DNA of 64,000 bases from Guillardia theta CCMP2712 (taxonomy: Eukaryota > Protista > Cryptophyta), in contig NW_005434593.1 of the NCBI RefSeq assembly GCF_000315625.1, positions 343,657 to 407,656 of the forward strand. The letters run 5' to 3'. This document shows, one piece after another, positions 1 to 12,179 of the stretch. Within the stretch, counting starts at the first letter, position 1; every line of letters begins with the position of its first letter. The notes beneath the pieces are model-generated. The model saw only the letters and a list, made by a program, of their open reading frames with translations, ran no database searches and was not told the origin of the DNA. The position numbers were made by a program, and so were the translations under genes.

Positions 1-336
1 CCTCCAGAGGAAAGGAAGCTCAAGGATAGCCACTCCCCTTTTCACACCCCTACTTCATCCCCTTTCTTCTCAATTTTCCCACTTCCTTTCCTCTCATCAC
101 AACAAACCCCCCCACTCCTCTTTCTCTAAACATCTCCACCCTTCTCCTCCTCCTCCTCCTCCTCCTCCTCCCCCTCCCCCCCCCATCCTCCCCCTCCTCC
201 TCCCCCTCCTCCTCTCCCCACTCGCCTCTCCTCCTTTCTTCCTTTCCTCTCCTCTCTTTTCCTCACTCGCCTCTTCAAAGTTCTGCTTCTTCTGCATGTT
301 CGCCCGCAGCTTTTTGACTTCCTCCATGATGACCAT
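1..336 (-). CDS. 5' end of a gene running off the left edge (MVIMEEVKKLRANMQKKQNFEE...), product unknown
   Basis: ATG at 336 in a CACCATGG context. A 22-codon exon (336-271) is followed by a GC-type donor (GCGAGT) and a purine/GGA-rich intron-like tract. Confidence 0.45.
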
Positions 337-772
337 GGTGAAGTGCCAGGTTGTGGTAACCACGCACCCGGTAGACCAGAACTTGCAATTGCGAAAAATG
401 CGCAGAGCCGCTAGGCGACGAAATGCAGATACACGGAGGAGGGGGAGGAAAAGGAGGAAGAAAGAGGAGGAAGAGGAGGAGGAGGAGGAGGAGTACAAGA
501 GGAGAGCAGGAGGACACGGAGTGAAGATCGTAGAAGCGGCGTTTGAGTTTTTGATGAGATAGAGGGAGGAGGATAGCAAAGAGAAGAGGTAACGAAAGAT
601 GTGGATGGAGCGAAGAGACAAAAGAAGGAGAATCCATGAACAGGACATGGACGAGAGAGAAAAGCAATCATTTGACGCGATGACGAACAATTGTGATGGT
701 CGCCTTTGCCTGAATGATCCTGAGCAGGAACAGGCTACTCGCGAAGCTTGTTTCCCCAGTGAGGAGTGGGAT

Positions 773-2897
773 ATGACAGTCAACTTCATCCTCTCTCTCC
801 TCCTCTGCTGCCTCGTGAGCTGCCATGTGGATGTATTGACGATCAACGAACGCATGCATGCGAACAAGGAGGTTTCATGGCCCGCGAACGTTCGGCCTGC
901 CATGAGGTTGAGAGGAGGAGGGCCCAGTGACTTCGGTCTGGATCCAAACACGACGGAGATTGTATTGGAGGATGAAGACGACTCGTCGGAGATCATAGGA
1001 GAGGGGACGGCTGCTCCTGGCCCTGGGGTGCAGGTGCAGGAGGGATACATTGAGGAGAAGAACAGCGTAAGAGTGCAAGAGTTGAGTTGTGATGTAACAA
1101 GATCGGCTTGACTCCTGTGTAGATGGAGATCACAGACGTCTTCGAGGAAGTGCAGAAAATCCTCGAGAGGCTCAACAACGTCACGATCGACGACGTCAGC
1201 AGGTGCCGCCGGAGGTGTCCCTGGCGCCCGTTGCCTGCTGACATGCTTGACGTGCAAGACTGTATGAAGAGTTCAGGGCCAAGAACCCGCAGGCTGTCGT
1301 GGTGGACCGCCCAAGGTTGTTTCACTTCGAAGTTCGCAGGGGGAACGTGACGGCGGTGGAGGAGCTGCTGAAGGAGGGGATCTCCATCGACCACAGGACC
1401 TTCGTCGGGGATTCAGCGCTGCACCTAGCAGTGCTTGAGAATCGGGTGAGGAGGAGGAGGAGGAGGAGGAGGAGGAGGAGGAGGAGGAGGAGGAGGAGTT
1501 TGCAAGGAAGTGAAGTGAAGGTGATGGGAAGACGGAGATGGTCGAGCTGCTGCTGAGCCGAGGAGCCAAGATCGATGCCTTCAACAAGAAGCGGAACACG
1601 GCTCTGCATTTCGCGGCGGAGCTGAACAATGTGATCCCTTGTGACTGCTGGAGGGGCGGGGGGGATGGAAGTGATGGTGACGATGATGATGTTGACGACG
1701 ACGACGATGACGACGATGTACTTGATGATGATGATGATGAGGAGGAGGAGGAGGAGGAGGAGGAGGAGAGAAAGGATGAGTGGCGGAGAGAGGGAGCAGA
1801 TGATGACGATGATGATGCAGGTTCCTATGATCCACCAGCTGCTGGAGCATAACGCTGACATCAACGCCCGAAACCTGTGAGCTGACTATGGGAGGAGGAG
1901 GAGGAGGAGGAGGAGGAGGAGGAGGAGGAGGAGACTGAAAGTCGATGGCAGCGGGGACGGAACTCCTCTCATGACGGCTGCTATCCATGGCCGCGAGGAG
2001 GCGCTTCAGGCCCTGCTAGATCGTGGTGCGAACATGAGTATCAGTCAGTGCCTTTCCTCGCACGTTCTTCCTTGCTGACAACGCGGGCAGGAGCGAGGAA
2101 AGGAAGTACCGTCCTCCATCACGCAGCCGGTGCGGCCCTGCTCCCTCCTCTTCCCAGCCATCTCACCCGCAGGAGGAACAGGTTGGGGGCACGTCGAGAT
2201 AGTCCGCCTGCTCCTCCGCCATGGGTTCGACCCCTTCGCCGCCACTCCCTTCGGCCGCACAGCCTACGACTGGGCCTACTACCACAACCACACCCTCGTT
2301 ATGGACGAGCTGAAAAAGTGCGACTTTGCTCGCCGTCAAGCTCGACCCCGGCTGAGAGGTGTTGACAGGTACGGGCTGGAGGCTCGAGACGGGTGCATGG
2401 AACCCTTGCTGGAGATCAAGAAGTGGGCGGAGGAGAAGCGGCAGAGGAAGGAGGCGAGGGAGAGGGGGGAGCAGGTCCCTGTGAGGAGGAAGCGGAGTAC
2501 AGGGGAGGAGATCGTTGAAGAGCCGCTGATTATCGCTCCTCCCTTTCGAGTGGAGGTGAACGAGACTACTGGGGATGAAGTCTTGAAGATTCCTGCGATA
2601 GGGAAGGTGAAGGTAAGAACACTACCCCCTCCTTCTCCTCCTTTGCTTCCTCGTCTTCCACTTCCCCTCCTTTCCGTCCTCCTGTTCCTCCTCCTCCTCC
2701 TCCTCCTCCTCCTCCTCCTCCTCCTCCTCCTCCTCCTTCCCCTCTTCCTACTCCTACTCTCCTTCTCCTTCTCCTCCTCTCCTCCTCTCTCGTTCTGCGC
2801 TCCCTCCTTCCCCTCTTCCGACATCCCCGTCCTCTATCCACTTGCACTCCTCGTCCTCCCTCCCCTCCTCTCCCATTCCTCGCAGAGTCTGAAGTGA
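773..2897 (+). CDS. Ankyrin-repeat protein with N-terminal signal peptide and MRLRGG motif (multi-exon)
   Basis: Spliced exons give MTVNFILSLLLCCLVSC (signal-like) and ankyrin motifs GDSALHLAV, RNTALHFAA, GTPLMTAA, GSTVLHHAA, GHVEIVRLLLRHG, GRTAYDWA. GT-AG introns contain GGA runs. Stop at 2895-2897. Confidence 0.85.
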
Positions 2898-3073
2898 GAT
2901 AGCAGAAGAACGTCGCCGAAGCAGGAGGAAGCGAAGACGATGTCTGCCTCTGATAAGCACAAGGGGAGGAGGATGGGAAGGAGCTGCGAGAGCAGCAGGG
3001 AACCAAGAGGTGAGGAGCTGCTGAACAAGGTGACCGAGGAAGCCGAGAAACCGAGGGGAGGAGAGACTCGGGA

Positions 3074-3114
<41 letters not shown>

Positions 3115-3250
3115 ATGACAAGGGGGCGGTGGAGGGGCAAGACAGGGCAAGGCAAGGCAAGACAACATTACTTTACATAGACATGAAAGAAGAAGTTACC
3201 ATTACCAATCAGATTCTTCTAGAGTACAAAAAGCATCAAGTTTGCGCTTT

Positions 3251-4508
3251 TCAGCTTGTCAAACTTGACGTCCCTCTTGACTTCTGCCTCTCCTCGTCAG
3301 TTGGGCTCGAGCTGGCCATCAGCTGACCTTGTGGTGTAGCAGCCAGTAGGAGGCGGAGCAGATGTTGTGCCTGTTTGCGGCGACGCTGCGAGAGGCGAAA
3401 TGCGGATCGAAGCCGAGATCGACAACCTGAGAAGGACGAGCACGAGCACGAGAACGAGAACGAGAACGAGCACGAGAACGAGAACGAGCACGAGAACGAG
3501 CACGAGCACAGAGAGAGAGAGAGAGCTGTCAGTATGAGAAGATTGAAGGTGTAATACGTGAAGGAAGAATGGAAGATTTGAGGGCGGCGCGAGGGAAAGA
3601 GGAGAAGGAAGAGAAAACGCGGTGGCAGCGACAGGCAGAGCGGAAGAGGAGGGAGAGAAGGAGGAGACGAGGAGGTCGAGGCAAGAGCAGGAGGGAGGAG
3701 AGTGTTTGTTTCGCACCTGCCGCAAGAGGTCCTGGTCGACTGAGATGACTGGGGCTCGATTGACAGAATCGACAGAAAGCTCGCAGTCAATGAAAGAGGG
3801 GGGGGCCTTTTCCCTGCACAACATGTTAACAACCCTTCAGCCTCCTTCCTTGCTTCCTTCCTTGATTCTCCTCCTCCTCCTCCTCCTCCTCCTCCTCCTC
3901 CTCCTCCTCCTCCTCCTCCTCATCCTCATCCTCCTCCTCCTCTGCTTCCTCCTCCACCACTTCCTCCTCCTCCTCCTCCTCTCTTCTGCACAATCTCCAC
4001 AGTCTCCTCTTCCTCCTGCTCACTTGCTCTTTTGCTGGGCAACGGTATCGAAGGATTTCCTGCTCGTACAGTCAACATGCTGGAGAGGAGGAGGAGCAAG
4101 AGGAGGAGAGGAGAGAGATTGAGCTGGGAGGGGGATGGGGAGGGAGAGAAGGAGAGGCGGAGGAGAAGCAGAAAATGGAGCAGGGAGGGGAAGGACAGGA
4201 AGAGGAGAGAAGGGGGAGGAGAAGGAGGAAAATCGAGCAAGGAGGGGGAGGGGAAGGGAGGGGAGAGGTGAGCTGCGTCATGGCGGACCTGCACCAGACG
4301 TGCTGGCTGCACTCCTCGAAAGTGATGCGGCGGGCAGGGTCGATGTTGAGCATGCGGCGAACAAGATCGCGACACTCGCTAGACATGAAGGTGGGGCACT
4401 CGAACTTGCCCTGAGGGAAGCATGAGGAGGAGGCAGATGAAGAGGAGGAGGAGGAGGAGGATGAGGACGAGGAGAAGGAGGAGCGGCAGCAGCAGCAGCA
4501 GCAGCAAC

Positions 4509-4555
<47 letters not shown>

Positions 4556-7071
4556 GACGAGCAGCAGCAGCAGAATGCTTGTGAGACTCTGAGCAGCTGG
4601 GCCTCACCTTCATGATCTTCCTGCACAGCTCCTGACTATTCGCCCCTTGGAACGGGAAGTAGCCGCAGACCATGGCGAAGAGCACGACGCCTGTGCTCCA
4701 CACGTCCACGCAGGGCGCGAGGTAGGGCTTGCGCGCGACGATCTCGGGAGCGGCGTAGGAGGGGGAGCCGCAGGCTTTGCGGAGCCTTTGGCCGGGCTTG
4801 AAGGAGACGCTGAAGCCGAAGTCAACGATCTTGATGTTCTTGTCCTGATCCATGAGCAGGTTGTCGAGCTTCACGTCCCTGTGCACGATGCCGCAGGAGT
4901 GGCAGTACTGGAGGCCGTCAACGATCTGAGCGAAGAGGCGGCTTGCTTCGCTCTCGTGCAGCCGTCTGTTCTCCCGCACGTACTTGCACAAGTCTCCCCC
5001 GCTGCTGTACTGCATGATGAGCAGCTGGCGGTAGGGGGCGTCGACCACCTCGAAGAGGCGGATGATGTTGGGGTGACAGAGGGCCTTGAGGATGCGAACC
5101 TCCCGCGCCACTCGCTTCCTCGCCGTCGGCTCCGTCAGCTTGCTCTTCTCAAACGTCTTGATCGCCACCATCTCTCCTGTCAGCCGATGCGTCCCGAGCT
5201 TCACTTTCCCGTACGCTCCCTCCCCCAACGTCCTACCAAACGTGTAGAAGTCCACCGAGGAGAAGGGCTGGTGCAGCGTCGCCACGTGCTCGTCGCCGAT
5301 GCTGCGCACGAGGTTCTGCAGGCCCGACACGTCCAGCTCCTTCTGGTTCGCCGCAAACATGCTGACCGGCTGCACCGAAGGCTCCAGGCTCCCAGCTCGC
5401 TGACTGCTGGGCATCTTGTACTCGGAGTAGGGACGGGTCATGGCCTTGACCGGGTTCGGCTTCGCCGCGTCGTAAGCTCCTTCAAGGTACTTCCTGGTGA
5501 TAGGCATCGCGTTCTCGAGCTTCGCGCTCGTCCGGGCGATCCTCTGCGAGCAGTCGTAAGGATTCTGAGCTGGGCAACAGCTGAGCAACAAGCTTCTCAC
5601 CTCGGCGTCATCGTGAGTTTCAGCCGCATGCTTCTGAGCCTCTTGGTTGCTGACTGCCCACCGACCGTTGGGGATATTGTGGGCCTGCAGAGGGAACCTG
5701 CGCGAGGACGGGGCCGTTCCCTCGCCCCCCTTCGTCTCTGCATCGTTGTTCTTCGCTCCCTCCAGCTTGTCCGAGTTGACGACCGTTGGCGCTCGCGAGA
5801 CTTCACTGCTGTTGGAAGAAGAGTTGAAGCGCAGAGCACCTCCTCCTCCTCCTCCGCCTCCTCCTCCCTCCGGGCCTTGAGCCTTCGGCGTCCCTCTTGC
5901 GCTCTCTCCGTTCTGCCAGACCTGCCTCTGGTACTCCCCGTAGGGAGCGGAGGAGTCCTTTCCTGTGTCAGCGACAGCCCACCTGTTGAGCATACGCGAA
6001 GACCCCGGCCGCACCCGACGACCTGCGTCTTCTTTGAGAATCTCGTGCTGGCGACCGTTGACGCTGAAGTTGTTGTTGTTGATGCTGCCGCTGTTGTTGT
6101 TGTTGGTATGGTTGTTGTTACTGTTGCTGGTGTTGTAATATGCTGCAAAGTAAGGAGAAATGACATCCTTTTCCTGGAGTGCTGATAGCGGCGGCTTGAC
6201 AGTGGAGTATGGGACGTGGTTGACTTTTGTACTCCCATGCACTTCCATCGGCTCCTCCCCCAGCCCGTTTGGCATCTGAGGCTTCGAGTCGTACTTGGAG
6301 GAAGGGAAACGTTGGTGCTGAGAAAGTATCGCGTCAGAGACACGCGCAGCATGCAAGGAAGCAGAACCTTGAAAGCTGCCGGATACAAGACGCCAGCAGT
6401 AGGAGGGCCAACGCGAGACGACGGGGCGGAGCCTGGAAGAGGGAGGGAGGAGGATTACAACGAAGTTCGCGTGAGCATGGTATCAAAATCACCTGCTGAG
6501 TTTATGTTCTCCCCCTCTCCTCCTGTCGGGGACTGAGCTCTCGCGGCTCCGGCTTCTCTCGCTTCGAAGACTTTTGACACAAACCTGCTAGCTCCATTCG
6601 CATGAGCAGTCTGGGGGTGGGCGGGGTGAGCTGTTCCAGGACGCTTGAGGAGGGCAACCGAAGGCCGGGCAGAGAAAGGTCGAGCTTGCATCCCTTCTCG
6701 ACGCGGAGCAGAAGGATGTCTCTGAAAGTTTCCTGTCTCCTCGTTGACTTCCGCATTTAGCGCTGAGCTCCCCCCATTGAGAACGTTGTGGTTGTTGTGC
6801 ACATACTTGGTGTAATCGTTGGGGGGGGTCGGGTTGAGACGAAACCCGTTTGGGATTGTGACTTCCTTCTTGTGTGTTCTCTTCCACCTCGCAATCCTCG
6901 CCTCCTCGCGAGCATGCTGCAGTGACAGCAGGTCTCAGTCGCATCACGCCATCATCAGACCTGTCGACGCACCAGTTTGGCAAAGTCGGGGATCCGTCGG
7001 GCTGAGAAAGGAGCATCTCGTACGTTGGTGTTCACAGGGTTCGCCTCGCCAGTGTATCCTATGAAAGCCAT
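3251..7071 (-). CDS. CAMK-group (MARK/SNF1-like) Ser/Thr kinase with long low-complexity N-terminus and C-terminal UBA-like domain
   Basis: ORF 4278-6356 has GEGAYGKVK, VAIK, HRDVKLDN, DFG, CGSPSYAAPE and DVWSTG. Downstream exons encode DQDLLRQVVDLGFDPHFASRSVAANRHNICSASYWLL (UBA-like). Probable start MAFIGYTG at 7071. Ends approximate. Confidence 0.9.
3428..3524. repeat. (GAGCAC/GAGAAC)n hexamer plus (GA)n microsatellite in a kinase intron
   Basis: Direct tandem repeats visible in the sequence. Confidence 0.9.
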
Positions 7072-8197
7072 CTTCTCCGACTGAGCTGATGCAGGCCATA
7101 TCAGTCAGAAGCTGATTGAACCTGCTTTCTTACAAACCTGCTGTCTCCCAACAATCCAGTTGGACTCAACGAATCAAGCCTGTATCGTGATGGTGCAATA
7201 ACTACAGACGAGATATGCTCCTGATTGGAACCCTCATCCTGGTTGCTAATGCACTTTCATGAACCAGCTGTACCGACAACCTGTCAAAAACTGTTGAAAT
7301 GAATGATTAGACAGGACTTGGACCAAAGACATAGGAAAGGACTGGAATAATTTTTTTCTGGTATCTCGTTTCAAGACTTGGAACAAAAAACATGGAAATG
7401 AAAGTCTTTTCTGCACTAACTCGTTCTCTATGCGTCATGTACCAAACTAGAGAGTTCGAAGAACGAAAATATCGAGCTACGCATCCATTGTAAAACATTA
7501 TTGAATTATCTAGGATGGTTGATGCCAGCGATGGTGATGGTGATGGTAATGGTGATGATGACGGCTGAGAGAGATGGAAGAGCAAATACTAAACGTTTCC
7601 TTGACTTGGATAATTTGATGCGAGAGATCATGGAAAACGTTTGAAGGATCAGGAAGACAAGGAAGAGTTGTGTGCGGGAAAGGTACATCCTAATTTTTGC
7701 AAACTTTGACCTTCGGGAGCTTGTATGCAGAAGATTGAAGGGGATGGGAATGGAGCATGATGCCAAAGGAGAGAAAGGAGAAGGAGGAGGAGGAGGAGGA
7801 GGAGGAGGAGGAGGGAAGGGTTGGTATGGATGGGGAAAATGCGGAGACGCAGTAGGTTGCTTTCGGCCATAGTGCCGTTGGCGGGCCAGCCCATACCTGC
7901 AGGTTGAGACAGATGGAGGGGTAGGTGGTCTGACATAGCACCCCCCAGAGTACCACCCGTACTTGAAAGGGACCCAAGATCAGAAGTACCCGTCCTTTAT
8001 ATACATTTTGAGGGGGCCCAGTAGTATTTCTCGAAAAGAAGGGGGTGGGATACACTGGCCAGTTGTGTCTGTGGACTCTACGGTGGGGTAGTCACCCCAC
8101 CCCCATGGATAGCTTCCTCGAATTGGGGCGGCGCCGGCGGTACATCCGACTCACTGCGCCGAGGGCCGTGTCCGGCCGGGCGGATTGCCCGGCCCGG

Positions 8198-8297
8198 NNN
8201 NNNNNNNNNNNNNNNNNNNNNNNNNNNNNNNNNNNNNNNNNNNNNNNNNNNNNNNNNNNNNNNNNNNNNNNNNNNNNNNNNNNNNNNNNNNNNNNNN
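8198..8297. other. Assembly gap (100 N)
   Basis: Run of N. Confidence 1.
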
Positions 8298-8584
8298 ACA
8301 ATGAATGTCCGGCGGCGATCCGGGACTCAGTCCGTCACTCGGAGCGGTCCGGGCCCGGGGCCTGCTCAGCACTGAGTTCAGGACGGGGGGGGGGGCGGCC
8401 GGGCGCCGATACCGGCGGTCGCCCGATCGGCCGCGGGCCGATCATAGCGGCCTGGCGGCGGCAACCGTTCGGACTCGTCCGCCCGGCCGCCGAGCAGCTG
8501 AACTCAGTGCTGAGCAGTGCGCGGATCCATCAGAAGGCTCCGAGTGACGGACTGAGTCCCGGATCGCCGCCGGACATTCATTGT
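8298..8584. repeat. GC-rich nested inverted repeat (foldback/MITE-like)
   Basis: 8298-8345 is the exact reverse complement of 8537-8584 (48 bp). 8362-8381 is the exact reverse complement of 8498-8517 (20 bp). The left arm is truncated by the gap. Confidence 0.9.
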
Positions 8585-10217
8585 AACGGCCGCACGGCCG
8601 GGCCGCACGGCTGGGCGGCCCGGGCCCGGGGCCCGGTCGGCACTGTGCAACACCCGGTGACCGGGAAGTTCAGTGTGACAAGTGACTCAGAGAGCCTCCC
8701 GGCGGCGACGCCGCCGGCTCACGTGCAGTGCCACCGCTGGCCTTGAGCCGGCCCGACCGGACGAGGGGTCCCTGCCCAATTGTGTCGACTACCCCTATAT
8801 GAAAGGTTAAGATGGTAGGTGGTAGTGGTTTACCACCCCAGTGAAGAAGGGGGTATAGATCATAGTGACAGCAATGCTAATAATACAAATACGAGCTATT
8901 ATAGTCTGCTTAAACGTATGTTTATGAGCTATTAGGTGGGATATTTAATCACTATATTGTTTATTTAACATTTTGTTGGTTAAATAAGGCTAAGTCTAGC
9001 GTCCTACGTGTGAGCCGCTCCAAGGCTGTTTGGCGGCTCCACTTTCCAAATTGTAGCAAATTTTGAAATTATAACTGAATATATTTGAAATTAGTGTTTA
9101 TCAATCGAATAGAACTTGCCAACCTTACTGAAGCTTCTGGACCCCTAATCGACAGGGCAAGAGATTTCAGTCAATTAAAATTTTAATTGAGACTTGAAAG
9201 AAAAATTATACACACCCGTGATAATTCCATCTCTTCAGAAACAAATAGTAGGGTAGGGTACTTATCGTTCACCATGGTTTCACGGCATCCTACATGCTCA
9301 TGCATCCTTTCCCCAGCAATTTCGACGTCTCCCCCGCGTCTCCCTCCTCCGCCTCTCCCTCCTTCCACTGCCCCTCTCCCTACTGGACCAATCTCCTCCT
9401 CGCCCCCTCTGTCCCTCTCCTTCCTCGATCTATCGTCAAAATCCTCCTATTGCTCTCTTCCTCCTCTTTTCTGGCGTTGCACACGATAATCGTCAACTTT
9501 TTCTGCATCTTGCTTCCAGGCTCTCCTCCTCCGTGCCAATCCCCTTAGCATTTCCTTCCCTGTGTTTCATACTACGTGCAAACTTGAAACTGCATCGAAC
9601 AATCCACATCCGATCCTCGTGATTCCTTAGCTTGCTTGAGACCCTGCAGTCTTTTGCGAACCTTCATCATCACACTCCTCGTACTTTTTCTTTTCTCAAC
9701 TCTCTCACTCACTCTCTCTCTCTCTCTCTTTACCAGAATCTGTATCAGCATATACTGGTTCTTGTTCTCTTCCTTGTTCTGATTCTTATTCTAACTCTTG
9801 GTCATGTTCTACCTCTGGTGCTGTTGCGTACATGCGTGCTCATGGCTCTCTCGACCTCGAATTATATTTCGCCCCAACCTTGCTGCTCGTGCTTTGCAAT
9901 GTCTTCCGTCCGATGAAATTCCATCGTGTGACTTCACTATGGATCATGCTTGTCGAGTTGATCATGCTCTGTCTCCTGAACTGAGTGTAAGGACATGACG
10001 TGGTAGATTTCATTCAAGTCTGCATACATATCACAACGACTGGAGCTTGTTGGTCGCAAGGGAACTCACATGTTACTGTCAGGTTCACACAGATCACCCC
10101 GAGCCCAACTCAAGCGTGTCTCCGGTCGTGATTGCCAAGGAAGGAAGGGGAAACGAGGAAGCAGCGAGTGGGCAAACGCTTTATCGAACAACACTTGAAT
10201 ACCTTCAACAATAGGAG

Positions 10218-11444
10218 ATGGCTGATCCTCAAGAACGAGAACCGTGTCCTCATAGAATTATAGATGATCTTGGGGGTGCCTTTGCTTTTGGGGCGGTAAG
10301 AGTGACAGTGCAGGAAAGGTAGCGGAATACGACTGACGGAGGCGATGCAGGTCGGAGGAGCCATGTTCCACTCTTTCAAGGGAGCCAGAAATGCGCCAAG
10401 AGGAGAGAGAATGGCTGGAGCCATCGAGGTGGGAAGAGAGAACAAGTTCAGCAAGGCCTTACGAGATTGTAGGCTGTGAAAGCCAACGCCCGTCGACTTG
10501 GTGGAAGCTTTGCTGTTTGGGGAGGCTTGTTCTCTACGTTCGATTGCTGTTTCATCGCTATAAGGAGCAAGGAAGATCCCTACAACTCAATCGTGAGTGG
10601 ATGCCTTGTCTGCTGAATCCTCCCCCCCCCCCGCCCCCCGGACCAGTTATTCCTTCGTCGTCCTGCTGGTCGATTTCTGAACTCGTTGTGTGATGGAGAC
10701 GTGCACAGATGTCCGGCTTCTGTACAGGAGCAGTCTTGGCATCCAGAGGAGGAGTAAGCATGTGAACTTTGCGCTGAGACCTGGTAACATGGAACAGGCG
10801 TCGGCCGCCATGAAGGCCGGATTCGTCGGAGGAGTCATCCTTGCGGTTATCGAGGGACTCAATGTCGCAATCACGAGGATCATGAACAATCTCCCGCAAG
10901 AGCCCGTCGGTCCTCCCCCCAAAGGCTCGGACGATTCCCAGCAGATTGCGGTACCTCCTCGCCCTCCCCCCTTGACGATGGATCCCTCACGTGCTGCTTT
11001 AGCAGGAGGAGATCCCCTGGTGGGCCAAGTGGCTGGGGACCCCAGAACAGAAGGCCAAGGTTGACTTCTCCGACCCCAAGGAGGTGATGCCACCATCGGC
11101 TCGAGACCTCCCTGACAGCTTCTCAGATGGATGCGTCCCCCGGGTTTGCGGGAGGAAGGGATGACTTTGCTCAATCGGAGAAGGTGGGGGAGGGGGAGGA
11201 GGAGGAGGAGGAGCGAGTATTGATGGATCCTGACGTTCTTGGTAGAAATGGTCTTCACCCCTTGAGAATCAAGTGGACGCCAAGCAGGTCTACATGCTGA
11301 TTCGAGGCCATATGTTTGCCGGCCTGCAGGTGAGGGTTGGAAGGAGCTTCGCCTACCTGTGATGGGGATGAGGACACTTGACGATAGTGGCAGGAGGGAA
11401 ACGTGCGGTCCAGGTTCTCATACATCCCGCACTCTCGCGAGTAG
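10218..11444 (+). CDS. TIM17: Mitochondrial inner-membrane translocase subunit Tim17 with C-terminal extension
   Basis: Spliced: [77 protein letters not shown]...[23 protein letters not shown]...[11 protein letters not shown], the canonical Tim17 signature. C-terminal exons are less certain. Confidence 0.93.
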
Positions 11445-12179
11445 CTGAGGGAAGATGAAGAACAGCGAATAGAAGATAGACGAGCTGAGAAGAATAAGGG
11501 GGGACCAGTGCAAGGTCCTGATGGTTAGCAGGTCAAAGCCTCCTAGGTAGTCCAAGATATATCATTGAGTGGAGCTTGATGCTGAGAAAAAATCATCTGT
11601 TGTATGTGCTCGGGTGAGTTCTTCATACAGTCTCACCGTTTCGCATTAAGTCGCTCAGACATGTTTTTCGGTCGGCCCAGCGCACTTGAAACCTGTTGAA
11701 TTAACTGATCAATTGTCAATCGCCGCAGCCGCTGAAAGGCCGGGCCAGCCTCAGTGGACCCCGGCGTTGACAATGAGCGATGAACACCGTCGGCCCGGCC
11801 CGAGGTACTTACCGTGGCAGTACTCGGAGTCTCAGTCTCACTCACCGTCGCGGGCACGCCCGTGCAGTGGTGATCAATGAGTGTGCGGCCCGGAGCCCGG
11901 GCCGCTGCCAGTACCCGGTAGCCTAGTACGATGCCACGGTGGTTGAACGCCGAGCCTCATGGCTCAGCGGCTCCCGTTCACCCGGCCGGCGGGAAGCCGC
12001 TGGAAGATCTCCCCGGGAGATCTGACCGACTCTGGGACTGAACGGGAGGGAAGGTCCGCACCCGGTGACCTGTAGAGGAGGCCGCCGGGCTTGACCGTGC
12101 CGCCTGACACTGTCGCCGCGCCACAGCCTCCGGCCATACGGCGAGAAGACTCTCCGAAAAAGACAGAGAGAACCAACCC

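Noticed and set aside
97-4626. Many long ORFs rich in poly-G/P/E/L/R/S
   Set aside because: Shadow frames generated by intronic GGA/TCC microsatellites or antisense to real exons.
7307-7766. Minus-strand ORFs of 86-92 aa
   Set aside because: No motifs and could not be linked into a coherent spliced gene.
9183-9998. Short ORFs upstream of Tim17
   Set aside because: Low-complexity CT-rich sequence with no recognisable coding signature.
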